Source: Pseudoalteromonas translucida KMM 520
GTDB lineage: Bacteria; Pseudomonadota; Gammaproteobacteria; Enterobacterales; Alteromonadaceae
Direction: 5' to 3'
Assembly: GCF_001465295.1 (NCBI RefSeq)
Contig: NZ_CP011034.1
Span: forward strand, 1,350,001-1,382,000
Length of the DNA: 32,000 nt
Below, one piece after another: positions 1 to 8,865 of this stretch. The notes below the pieces were generated by a model. It made no database searches, was not told the DNA's origin, and was given only the letters and a program-made list of their open reading frames with translations. The position numbers were made by a program, and so were the translations under genes. Numbering within the stretch: the first letter of the stretch is position 1; every line of letters begins with the position of its first letter.

Positions 1-13
1 CGACGATCCGGTA

Positions 14-529
14 ATGACCTACACGCCGAAAGAGCTTGTAAACACTATAAAAACGCGTGCCATGATGGCCGATATGATGGAACGCCCTGAGTATTGGGAC
101 AAAATGGGCGCAGAGGTCGCCGCAAACTTTGGCCGTGGCACGAAAGCAAGCGCCGGCAAAGGTGGAGATAATGGGTATCAAAAGCAACTCAACTCGATAC
201 AAGATGAAATGACTAAAGCGCTCGCTAAAATCGAAGGCGGATCAGACCTGGACTACCTTGATGATGGTGGTAGAGAGGAAGCTAAAAACAGAGTTAAGAA
301 GCTTTATCAAGAGCGTATAGAGCAGCTACAGCAGTCTTACGGTACATCATCTAGCAGCAAGCCTACAAATTCTAATCAGACAAATGAATCTGTTAAATAC
401 ATTAGTAAAATAGATGGCGTTGATGCCAAGGGCGTTATCTCCAAATTCATGGAAGCGAACAAAAATTTATCAGAACAGCAAGCTACACAAATAGCCATTC
501 AGCAAGGGTATTTATCAAATGACCAATAA
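14..529 (+). CDS. Hypothetical protein of the acquired segment (171 aa; may extend 5' beyond the window)
   Basis: Open frame with ATG at 14; the frame is also open from position 2, so the true start may lie upstream of the window. Its stop overlaps the start of the giant ORF (ATGACCAATAA, 519-529), a typical translational-coupling arrangement. No recognisable motifs. Confidence 0.6.
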   Translation: MTYTPKELVNTIKTRAMMADMMERPEYWDKMGAEVAANFGRGTKASAGKGGDNGYQKQLNSIQDEMTKALAKIEGGSDLDYLDDGGREEAKNRVKKLYQERIEQLQQSYGTSSSSKPTNSNQTNESVKYISKIDGVDAKGVISKFMEANKNLSEQQATQIAIQQGYLSNDQ

Positions 530-3500
530 AATAGTAGATCCATTTACAAATAAAGAAATTGAGTTTGTTGATCCCTTTGCTGAGCCAGAAACTAAAAGTG
601 GGATGGCGGCAGCATTTGGAGCGGGAGTTGATAAAGTTGAAGAGCTAGGTTACCGCGCAGTAAAGGGCTTTACTGACACAGGCGAAAACCCAGATGATCA
701 CGAAGAGGGCTCGTTTTCTCAGTCGGTGGCAAAGGCAATTGGCAAAGGTGGCTCAGTTTCTAAATGGGCGCAAGAAGGCATCGATCGCAATGTTAAAGAG
801 CAGGAGGCATACGAGCCAACCGTTAAATCATATAAAGATATTGATGGGTTTGGTGACGCAGCCAGCTATACCGGCGAATTGCTGGCTGGCTCGCTACCCT
901 ACATGGCAGGCGCTGCTACTGGAATAGGCGCGCTTGGTATGGCTGGCGGTTTATCGCATGAGGCTTATGAAAAGCAGCCAGAAGGCGAAAAAGACGCGGC
1001 AAGAGCTGTTACATCGGGTGCCGCTCAAATGCTACTTGAGCGTTTAGGTATCAAGGTAAGCATGGGCCAACTTGGCAAAGATATTTTAAAAGATGGTGTG
1101 GTAGAAACCGCTAAGCGCATGGGCAAGGGAGAGCTTGTAGATGCTGTACGCGATCCAAGTTTTGCTAAGCGCATATTCAAAGGCGCTGTAGGCGAAGGCT
1201 TAACCGAGACAGGTCAAGAGGCACTAGCGCAATGGGGCGCAGGTAAAAGCATTGATGAATTTGAAGGGCTAGACGAAGCATTTGTAGGTGGTTTTGCGGT
1301 CGGTGGCGTAATGCGTACTGGCTCAGAGTCAGCGCAAAAGGTAATGGGATACCAGAAAAAAACAGCCGAAGCGGTAAAGCAAGGTGTAGATCAACTTGTT
1401 GAGGCAGGCGCAAGCCACGGTGAGGCAATTGATACTGTACGTAAACAGCAATATGACGCCGCTAAAAAGCAGGGGCTAAGTGAAGCAGAGGCGTCCGCAG
1501 TTGTTGCGCGCACCATGAAAGAAAAATTTGGCATTGACGATCCTTTGTTTGCAGCAGCAGCGGAGCCAGTGGCGGTGGAGTCGGTAGAAGCGGGCATGGA
1601 GCCAACCATACCCGAAGATACGCAAACACCTATTTTTCAAAATGATGAAGTGGATTTCGATGCGCCAACAGCAGCTAGACAGGCGGGATTTGATCAAACA
1701 AATAAAGCGGCCGGCCAATATGGGGATATGCTTACAAGCCCTGCGCAACAGTCATTAAGCGCTTTAGATGCAGGCAACAATGCGCCCACAGTAGACGAGC
1801 GAGTAAAGGCGGCGGCCTTTGATAAATCACCAACACCAGAAGATCGTTTTAGCCCAATAAAGTACCAGCATGAAGGCGATTTATTGGGGCCAGAGGCGCA
1901 AGACGCGCAAAGCATAGACAATGCCCCTATTGATGGGCAAACAGTGCCAGAACAAGGTAAGTTACCAACGGCAGAGCAAACACAAAGCCGGCAAATGCGT
2001 GAGCAAGCCCAAGTAGATCTTGAATCGCAGCCTAAAAGCATTGAGCAAAAAGATATTATTTTTGGTGAAGATGGCAGGCCGCAGCAGCGTGCAGCACAGC
2101 AGGTAAAGCAAGCTGGTAAAGACTCACAAAACTTATTGCCACAAAAAGATATTATTTTTGCTGACGATAATAGTGGGGTTAACGTTTCTAAAAATGGCGA
2201 GCCATTCAAAACTAAACGCGGTGCACTGCTAAGTAAAGAAGCTCGCGCAGCACGCAGAGCAGGCCAAAAAACAAAAGCAGTTAGCTTTGATAATGGTTTT
2301 GGCTGGGAGATTAAAGGCAGCGATATAAGTGCTGCACCTAATGCAGCTCCGGATATAAGTGCGGACAATACTAAAAGTACGCAACCGGCTGCCAGTTTAG
2401 CGGGCGAACCAATAGATAGTGAATGGACTGTGTTTAATCAGCAAAGCGAAACTAAAAATATTCCAAGGGCAGAAATGCCGCAAATTAAAGCGGAAAATCG
2501 CGGCGCATTGGTTAACTTTATGAAAGCGCGTGACATAAGTCATGAGCAAGACGAGGTAGCAGCAGCCTCATTAAAGCCAACGCAGCAAGAGTTTTCACCG
2601 GCCAAAGTTAAAAAGGCAATGGAGTTTGAAGGTGGTAATCGCTCTATACTTGTATCGAATGATGGCTATGTGCTCGACGGCCATCACCAGTGGTTAGCCG
2701 CCCGTGAAAAAGGTGAGCCAGTAAAAGTAACTCGCTTAAATGCGCCTATTGAGCAGTTGGTACCATTGGCCAAAGAAATGCCCAGCACTGAAACGCAGGG
2801 CGATAATAGTAAATTAATTACTGCTGATAACGATGAAACGGCCATTTCTAGTAAATTAAATACCCAGAATGATACTGAAAACGCAAAAATCAGTAAATTA
2901 AATGAAAGTGCCGAGCCTACCGCGCCGGTAACAAATGCCGCACCTAAATTAGATCGGGCAGAGGCTGAGTTGCCCGCAGTATTAAAGGTAAGCAAAACGA
3001 AATGGTTGCAGAGCCAAGCTAAAGAGCAGGGGCTAAAAAAAGGTTCGCCAGGCTTTGACGTTGCCATGGCCAAAATAGAAGAAGGTTACGAGCCAGCTAT
3101 TGATAGAGCGCTTGCTGAGTCGTCGTTTGAAACTTATAAAAAGTTTAACGACGATACGCCAGAGAGCATTAACCGCATGGCGCATAAAGAGCTGCGCAAA
3201 GAGTTTGGCATTGATGATACGCCACCGCCAATAAAAGAAGCCGTTAAGCCCGCTAAAAAAACAGAGCCGCCTAAGAGCGGTTTTTCTTTGCCTGAAAATC
3301 GGAATGTAAATGGCATGGCTGCCAATGAAATAGAAGCGATCATCAGCAAAACAAGTAACGACTTAGCCACAACAAGTAAAGAAGATTGGGGCAATTTACG
3401 CGGGCAAGGTAAGCGCGTTGGCGGCATGGTGATGGGTGGCATGCGTGATTCATCACTGCAAGGTGAAAAAGCTTACACTAACGTCATTGGTAAACTAGAG

Positions 3501-6500
3501 CAGGAAAGCAAGGCTGATTACGATGATGCAATAGCAACATTTAATGATGATAATAATGGCAAGATAGCCTATGGAAAAGCTAGAAGCGCGGGCTTTGATC
3601 ATGACACGTCACTGCGTTACGGGCTAAGCAAGGTAGCAAACATAGGAATGACTTTTGATGAGCTTTTAAATGTCGAAAGCAATAATGTCGGCGATAATGC
3701 GACACCTAAGACCAAGGGCGGCACGAATCCAGATGAAAGTAATCAAGCAACAGTCAAACAACCAGCAAGCGAGCCAGATCAGGCTAGCCCACAAGAGAGT
3801 ATTGATGACTTTGGAGAGAAGCTAGGTGGCGCGCGTAAAGATGCATGGAGCGGCTTTAGCGAAGCAATACAAGATCAGCAAAACACCGCTGAGCTACCAT
3901 TAAGCAAGGCATGGCCTGAGCCAAACTACAAAGAACTTGCAAGCACTGGTGCTAGCCTTGAGTCTATAGCGCTAATGGCTGCAATGCGCAGTGAAATACC
4001 ATCAAAACCAAGAGTTGCACGCAAGGTTGCAAGGTGGGCAAAAACAGTAAACGACTTAAAAGAATTTGCAGCAGACTTAATGAGCGGCGATCGCGATATA
4101 GCAACTGTAATGCAAAGCATGCGAAACCATAGCTCAAAGCTAGCCGCTGTTGTTGACGCCATACCCTCTATTGCAAAGGCTGATATTGATACATTAAAAA
4201 ACGTTGCAGATTACCGTATCTCTTCTGGTAGTTTTTCCGTATTTGGCGGTAAAACATATTCGCCTAGCAAGGTATTTTATTTTATAGAGCGCAATGGCCG
4301 CCCAGTTTATGACGGTGCCAGCGAAACATTAAGTGACGTACAAGCACTACTAACCAAGGTTGTCAAAGCGGAGCAGAGCGACACATCTAATGCGACAAGT
4401 GGCAAGAAAAGCAAAATTAGCGTTTACCGTGATCGATACACTAAAGATGTTTATTTGGGATGGAAAGGCGCAGGTGGCGTTTTAAAAATAAAGTCATTCG
4501 ACGATTTAGGTACCGCCAGAGAGTACCTTAAAAACAATCGCGAGGAAGTAGAGCAAACCCTACAAAAAATGAAAGAAACCCCAAGCATGCGTAAACCTGT
4601 TAATGCAGAGCGCGCGGGACCTGAGCGTTACGCAGGCAATGTAACACCAGAAACGTTTAGTGAAGCATTTGGCTTTAGAGGTGTTGAGTTTGGTAATTGG
4701 GTAGAGCAAGCTAAGCGACAAAAGGATTTAAACCAAGCATACGATGGCTTAATAGATTTAGCCGAAGCGCTCGACATACCACCAAAGGCGTTAAGCTTAA
4801 ACGGCAAACTAGGCCTTGCGTTTGGCGCGCGTGGTAAGGGCGGTAAAAACCCTGCAGCCGCACACTACGAACCAAACAGCGTTGTTATTAATCTTACCAA
4901 AAAGGCAGGCTCAGGATCTCTTGCGCATGAGTGGTGGCACGCCCTTGATAATTACTTTGGCAAGCAAAGGGCTAATACAGACTTTATTACTGAGTCGCCA
5001 TACACATTATCAACAGATGAAATTCGCCCTGAAATGGCAAGCGCTTTTAAACATGTAAGAAATGCCATTGTGCAAAGCGGGTTGCCTGAGCGCTCAAAGC
5101 AGTTAGACACTAGGCGATCTAAAGCTTATTGGGCAACGACAATAGAAATGACAGCGCGATCATTTGAAACTTACATAATAGACAAGCTAAGCCAGCAAGG
5201 TATAGAAAACGACTACCTTGCTAATGTTCTAGCTGATGATGCGTGGACAGCGGCAGAGTCACTAGGCTTTGAGTCCAGTAATTCATATCCATACCCAAAT
5301 AAAGCAGAGCAACAGGGAATAAATGCTGCATATCAAACATTGTTCGACACTATAGAAAGTGAAAACACCAGCGAAGGCATACGGTTATTCTCAAAATCTA
5401 AAAACCTTAACACTAGTAAGTCAATAAGCGCTGAGAAAGCCCAGGGTATTGCTGATGAGTTTGTTAAAAGCTTAAAAGGTGCTAACGGGATCACAGTAAG
5501 CATATTGGAGGACACCGCTACCGCAGAAAAGCTATGGCGTATGAGTTTGGACGGTGCGACAGTTAAAGGTGCTTACAGCGAAAACAGTAAAACAGTGTAT
5601 GTGATAGCCGAAAACATCGACAGTGAAAGCGACTTGAAGAAAACTTTGGCACACGAAACGATAGCTCACGGCGGCTTAGATACAGTAATTGGCGCCGATG
5701 CTAAGCAAGCATTTATTGATCGCATAAAAGCTACTAAGGGCCGCAAGGCATTTGAGAAATACTGGAAGGACGCAAACAACGACTATTGGGATGCAAGCCA
5801 GGACGTAAAAGCCGAAGAGATATTTGCCCGCTTTGTAGAAAACGAGCCCACCAAAGGCGAGCTTAAATATTGGTGGCAAGCACTTAAACGTTTTATACGT
5901 GCACAGCTTGATAAAGTAGGCCTGGCATATAGTGAAGATACAGAGCTAACCGCAATGCGCGAAATGCTTGAGAGTATAGTTAAGGGATTTAAAGCGCAGC
6001 GTGAGCCGATGACTAGCAGTCAAACTGAAATGGCTTACAGCCAATCTGATAAGAAATTCAGCCATACAACCAGCAATGGCAACAGCCAAACATCAAGCAA
6101 AATATCAGAGGCTATAAAAAAAGCAATCAACCGTGAGAGCCGCTTTGAAAAATCAAGAATGCCAGAGTGGGAGGCACTAAACGCTCAGTTAAGAGAGACA
6201 GATAAAACAACTGGCAGCAAAATAAAGCGCCAATTATCACGATGGATAATGCCTGGCGGAAACATGCCGGAAACAGTAAAACAGGCCGTTAGGGGGCGTG
6301 ATCGCGATGTGGCTGTGCATGAATTTGATATATCAATGCTGGTAGGAAAGTTAAATTCAGCAATAAAGTCTGCAAGTATCAATCCTGACAGGCTTACTGA
6401 TGATCAGTGGGCTAAATATCACCAGTTTTTAACTGGCGAAAATAATGGCTCGACACTTGGGCAAAGTGAGCGCGATGTGTTGGTGCTTATGCGGGAGCAT

Positions 6501-8816
6501 ATAGATGGCCTGACCCGCGATTATGTAGCAAGCGTAAATAATAAGCTGCAACAGCGATTGGCAGAGGATGGAGTGACCGACCCCAAAGAAGCTGCTCGCC
6601 TTGAAAAAATGCTAGGTAATGTAGGTAAATATTTAAACCGTAGTTATAAGGCCTTTGATGATAAGGAGTGGTTTAAGAAGATCCCCACGAAAGTTATTGA
6701 TGATGCCCGTACATACTTAATTAACCAGTATAAACGAGATGGACATGCAGCTGAGGAAGCTCAAAATAAAGCGCAGGTTACTTTAAATGAAATAGTAAAA
6801 ACTGGTACAGCTTACGAAAGCCTGGGCTCGTTTATTGCTGAGAGTAAACTTGGCTCTAAAGATCTTTCCACTTTAATACCGAGAAAAGATATATCGCCAG
6901 AAATTAGAGCTTTATTGGGTGAGTACGCAGACCCACGGATTAACTACGCTAAGTCAGTATCAAAAATGTCCTCTATGATCGCAAGCGACAAGTTGTTAAG
7001 TACAATACGCGATATGGGCATCAATAATTTTATTTTTGAAAAAGACACTCGGCCACCGGAGGCAACTGTTCAATTGGCGGGCGAAAAATCTGAGGTGTAT
7101 TCGCCGCTGAACGGTATGTGGACCACGCCAGAAATAAAAGAAGCATTTGAGGATGCAATGGGAACTGGTGGTGGCGAAGGGTGGCTTGATACAGCGATAC
7201 GAATTAATGGCTTTATAAAATACGGCAAAACAGTTTTATCACCCACAACGGCAATGCGTAATGTGATGTCATCTTACTTTTTCACAGTTGCAAATGGTCA
7301 CTTTAATCAAAAGTATATGAAGCAAGCCGTATCTGCTTTTAATGCGCAAGTTAAAGGTAAGGTTACTGATGGCGAGTCTGATTATATCAAACGCCTTATT
7401 AAGCTAGGTGTTTTGTATGACTCAGCAAACGCCGGTGAAATGGTCAAAATGATGACCGACGGAAAGATAAGCCAAATGCTAGAGGGCAAAGGTGGAGCTG
7501 CATTTGAAAGCTTACGATGGCTGACTGACAAGGCGACAGGCTTTTATCGCTTTGGCGATGACTTTTGGAAGATTGTCGGCTTTGAAAATGAAAAGGCAGC
7601 ACTCATAAGAACAGGCATGCCGCAAGGCGAGGCCGAATCAGTGGCCGCAGAGCGAATACAAGATACCTACCCAACATATAGCCGCGTTGGCAAAGCGGGG
7701 GTTTGGCTGTCAAGATTTCCGCTGGCTGGTACGTTTGTTTCATTTCCTGCTGAAATAGTTAGAACTACTGGCAACATGATCAAGCTTGCAGCTAGCGAAA
7801 TTAAATCAGACAACCCTAAAGTGCGCGCTATGGGAGCAAAACGAATTGTAGGTATAACTATGGCAAGTGGCGGCATGTTTGCTTTATCAGCCCTCAGCGC
7901 AGCAATGTTTGGTGTGACGGATGATGAAGAAGAAGCACTTAGGGACATGACAGCTGACTGGCAAAAAAACTCAACTTTCGTTTATGCAGGTAGGGATAGC
8001 GATGGGAATTTACGTTATTTTGATATGTCATTCTTAGACCCGTACGGATATTGGAAGCGCCCTATAGAAGCGATGATGCGAGATCAGCCAGTAGATAAAG
8101 CGATAGCATCATCATTAAGCGATATGATTTCGCCATTCTTAGGAGCCGATATAACTGCAGGGAAAATACTTGAAGTGCTTAGCAATAAAAAGCAAAGCGG
8201 TGGGCAAGTTTATAAAGAAAACGATACGGCCATTCGTAAAAGTGCAGATATTGCTGGGTACTTAGCATTAGGCCTAGCGCCAGGCGCAGTAAATAATGCT
8301 TGGCGAATTGGTATGGCGGCAGGTGATGTTAAGCGCTCGACAGGTAAGCCATATAGTTTGCCTGATGAAATGCTGGCACTAATGGGATTTCGTAGTTCAA
8401 CATTTGATCCCAAGGTTAGCCTTTATTATCGGACCTTTGACTTTAACAGCTCAATTGCAGAGGCTAGAAAAGAGCTAAGCGGTGTACTAAGAGATCCCAA
8501 TAAGGTGTCAGATGGCGAGATAAGTGCGGCTAAAGATCGAGCAAAATCAAAGCAAGAGCAGGCGTTTAAGCAAATGTCTCGCTTAATTCAGGCCGCGCAA
8601 ACTGGCGGAGCAAGTCGCCCTCAAGTTGTACGAATATTATTGTTAGCAGGTATTAGCAAGCGCAATGTTGGGTTTTTACTGCAAGGGCGAGTGCCGCCGG
8701 TTAATTTATCGGACACATCATATGAAAGCGCTGTAAAACGAGCTCAATTAATAATGGACAATGAATCAGCGAGGGAAATAAGAAGTCGATTTAACCGCAT
8801 AACTAGTAAGGATTAA
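519..8816 (+). CDS. Giant 2,765-aa multi-domain protein, polyvalent-protein-like (ParB-like module + HExxH zincin-like module + low-complexity linkers + hydrophobic segments)
   Basis: 8,298-nt uninterrupted ORF, which cannot arise by chance at this GC content. It contains LKPTQ...DGYVLDGHHQWLAA (ParB-like), FGFRGVEFGNW...LAHEWWHALDNYF (HExxH), Q/A/P-rich linkers, a glycine-rich hydrophobic N-terminal stretch (GELLAGSLPYMAGAATGIGALGMAGG) and a C-terminal TM-like stretch. The function is inferred, not demonstrated. Confidence 0.85.
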   Translation: MTNKIVDPFTNKEIEFVDPFAEPETKSGMAAAFGAGVDKVEELGYRAVKGFTDTGENPDDHEEGSFSQSVAKAIGKGGSVSKWAQEGIDRNVKEQEAYEPTVKSYKDIDGFGDAASYTGELLAGSLPYMAGAATGIGALGMAGGLSHEAYEKQPEGEKDAARAVTSGAAQMLLERLGIKVSMGQLGKDILKDGVVETAKRMGKGELVDAVRDPSFAKRIFKGAVGEGLTETGQEALAQWGAGKSIDEFEGLDEAFVGGFAVGGVMRTGSESAQKVMGYQKKTAEAVKQGVDQLVEAGASHGEAIDTVRKQQYDAAKKQGLSEAEASAVVARTMKEKFGIDDPLFAAAAEPVAVESVEAGMEPTIPEDTQTPIFQNDEVDFDAPTAARQAGFDQTNKAAGQYGDMLTSPAQQSLSALDAGNNAPTVDERVKAAAFDKSPTPEDRFSPIKYQHEGDLLGPEAQDAQSIDNAPIDGQTVPEQGKLPTAEQTQSRQMREQAQVDLESQPKSIEQKDIIFGEDGRPQQRAAQQVKQAGKDSQNLLPQKDIIFADDNSGVNVSKNGEPFKTKRGALLSKEARAARRAGQKTKAVSFDNGFGWEIKGSDISAAPNAAPDISADNTKSTQPAASLAGEPIDSEWTVFNQQSETKNIPRAEMPQIKAENRGALVNFMKARDISHEQDEVAAASLKPTQQEFSPAKVKKAMEFEGGNRSILVSNDGYVLDGHHQWLAAREKGEPVKVTRLNAPIEQLVPLAKEMPSTETQGDNSKLITADNDETAISSKLNTQNDTENAKISKLNESAEPTAPVTNAAPKLDRAEAELPAVLKVSKTKWLQSQAKEQGLKKGSPGFDVAMAKIEEGYEPAIDRALAESSFETYKKFNDDTPESINRMAHKELRKEFGIDDTPPPIKEAVKPAKKTEPPKSGFSLPENRNVNGMAANEIEAIISKTSNDLATTSKEDWGNLRGQGKRVGGMVMGGMRDSSLQGEKAYTNVIGKLEQESKADYDDAIATFNDDNNGKIAYGKARSAGFDHDTSLRYGLSKVANIGMTFDELLNVESNNVGDNATPKTKGGTNPDESNQATVKQPASEPDQASPQESIDDFGEKLGGARKDAWSGFSEAIQDQQNTAELPLSKAWPEPNYKELASTGASLESIALMAAMRSEIPSKPRVARKVARWAKTVNDLKEFAADLMSGDRDIATVMQSMRNHSSKLAAVVDAIPSIAKADIDTLKNVADYRISSGSFSVFGGKTYSPSKVFYFIERNGRPVYDGASETLSDVQALLTKVVKAEQSDTSNATSGKKSKISVYRDRYTKDVYLGWKGAGGVLKIKSFDDLGTAREYLKNNREEVEQTLQKMKETPSMRKPVNAERAGPERYAGNVTPETFSEAFGFRGVEFGNWVEQAKRQKDLNQAYDGLIDLAEALDIPPKALSLNGKLGLAFGARGKGGKNPAAAHYEPNSVVINLTKKAGSGSLAHEWWHALDNYFGKQRANTDFITESPYTLSTDEIRPEMASAFKHVRNAIVQSGLPERSKQLDTRRSKAYWATTIEMTARSFETYIIDKLSQQGIENDYLANVLADDAWTAAESLGFESSNSYPYPNKAEQQGINAAYQTLFDTIESENTSEGIRLFSKSKNLNTSKSISAEKAQGIADEFVKSLKGANGITVSILEDTATAEKLWRMSLDGATVKGAYSENSKTVYVIAENIDSESDLKKTLAHETIAHGGLDTVIGADAKQAFIDRIKATKGRKAFEKYWKDANNDYWDASQDVKAEEIFARFVENEPTKGELKYWWQALKRFIRAQLDKVGLAYSEDTELTAMREMLESIVKGFKAQREPMTSSQTEMAYSQSDKKFSHTTSNGNSQTSSKISEAIKKAINRESRFEKSRMPEWEALNAQLRETDKTTGSKIKRQLSRWIMPGGNMPETVKQAVRGRDRDVAVHEFDISMLVGKLNSAIKSASINPDRLTDDQWAKYHQFLTGENNGSTLGQSERDVLVLMREHIDGLTRDYVASVNNKLQQRLAEDGVTDPKEAARLEKMLGNVGKYLNRSYKAFDDKEWFKKIPTKVIDDARTYLINQYKRDGHAAEEAQNKAQVTLNEIVKTGTAYESLGSFIAESKLGSKDLSTLIPRKDISPEIRALLGEYADPRINYAKSVSKMSSMIASDKLLSTIRDMGINNFIFEKDTRPPEATVQLAGEKSEVYSPLNGMWTTPEIKEAFEDAMGTGGGEGWLDTAIRINGFIKYGKTVLSPTTAMRNVMSSYFFTVANGHFNQKYMKQAVSAFNAQVKGKVTDGESDYIKRLIKLGVLYDSANAGEMVKMMTDGKISQMLEGKGGAAFESLRWLTDKATGFYRFGDDFWKIVGFENEKAALIRTGMPQGEAESVAAERIQDTYPTYSRVGKAGVWLSRFPLAGTFVSFPAEIVRTTGNMIKLAASEIKSDNPKVRAMGAKRIVGITMASGGMFALSALSAAMFGVTDDEEEALRDMTADWQKNSTFVYAGRDSDGNLRYFDMSFLDPYGYWKRPIEAMMRDQPVDKAIASSLSDMISPFLGADITAGKILEVLSNKKQSGGQVYKENDTAIRKSADIAGYLALGLAPGAVNNAWRIGMAAGDVKRSTGKPYSLPDEMLALMGFRSSTFDPKVSLYYRTFDFNSSIAEARKELSGVLRDPNKVSDGEISAAKDRAKSKQEQAFKQMSRLIQAAQTGGASRPQVVRILLLAGISKRNVGFLLQGRVPPVNLSDTSYESAVKRAQLIMDNESAREIRSRFNRITSKD
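2460..2750 (+). other. ParB/sulfiredoxin-like (ParB N-terminal nuclease-like) module inside the giant ORF
   Basis: Translated segment: PRAEMPQIKAENRGALVNFMKARDISHEQDEVAAASLKPTQQEFSPAKVKKAMEFEGGNRSILVSNDGYVLDGHHQWLAAREKGEPVKVTRL. The LKPTQ motif and the hydrophobic-strand-DGHH-x3-A pattern (DGHHQ codons at 2676-2690) match my memory of ParBc/ParBc_2-type domains. Confidence 0.55.
4668..4965 (+). other. Zincin-like metallopeptidase-type module (HExxH) inside the giant ORF
   Basis: HEWWH is encoded at 4926-4940, within FGFRGVEFGNWVEQAKRQKDLNQAYDGLIDLAEALDIPPKALSLNGKLGLAFGARGKGGKNPAAAHYEPNSVVINLTKKAGSGSLAHEWWHALDNYFG. This resembles domains I recall from large polyvalent proteins of phages and conjugative elements. 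The exact family was not verified. Confidence 0.45.
7845..7916 (+). other. Predicted transmembrane or hydrophobic helix in the C-terminal third of the giant ORF
   Basis: IVGITMASGGMFALSALSAAMFGV is a 24-residue uncharged hydrophobic stretch followed by the acidic run TDDEEE. Confidence 0.5.
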
Positions 8817-8830
8817 CTTTTACAAGAGCA

Positions 8831-8856
8831 ACAAAAAGCCCGCAATTAAGCGGGCT
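8831..8856. repeat. Copy 1 of a 26-bp direct repeat, ACAAAAAGCCCGCAATTAAGCGGGCT (hairpin; terminator for the minus-strand cassette)
   Basis: Exact 26/26 match with 10117-10142. AGCCCGC / GCGGGCT forms a 7-bp stem with a 6-nt loop. The A-run on the plus strand becomes a U-run on the minus strand, so it is a good terminator for the convergent yafO-like gene. On the plus strand it is followed by ATCAGG (no T-run). Confidence 0.85.
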
Positions 8857-8865
8857 ATCAGGTAA

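Larger units (their letters stand above)
1..8856 (+). mobile_element. Right-hand end of a horizontally acquired, phage- or conjugative-element-like segment
   Basis: Hand-counted 60-nt blocks are about 45-55% GC here versus about 33-40% in the rest of the window. The content is two tightly overlapping ORFs with no housekeeping similarity, one of them giant. The segment sits directly upstream of htpG, where E. coli has recR. No integrase or structural genes are visible in the window, so the element type is inferred. Confidence 0.5.

Noticed and set aside
1177-4162. A series of minus-strand ORFs (1177-1428, 1391-1609, 1476-1748, 1694-2368, 2684-3073, 3134-3442, 3926-4162) antisense to the giant gene.
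   Set aside because: They lie entirely inside an 8.3-kb ORF with strong coding continuity. Their products are low-complexity Ala/Ser/Leu/Cys-rich strings, mirror images of the Q/A/E-rich sense codons, and I did not see convincing starts or SDs. They are most likely compositional artefacts.
5652-5669. HETIAH as a second catalytic zincin motif.
   Set aside because: The spacing is HE-x3-H rather than HExxH. It is reported only as an observation, not as a metallopeptidase call.
519-8816. The giant ORF as an N4-like virion RNA polymerase, an RTX/MARTX toxin, an Rhs/T6SS effector or an adhesin.
   Set aside because: I could not find T7-like RNAP motifs, GGxGxD RTX repeats, YD repeats, PAAR, or Ig/cadherin-like tandem repeats. 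There is also no N-terminal signal peptide.
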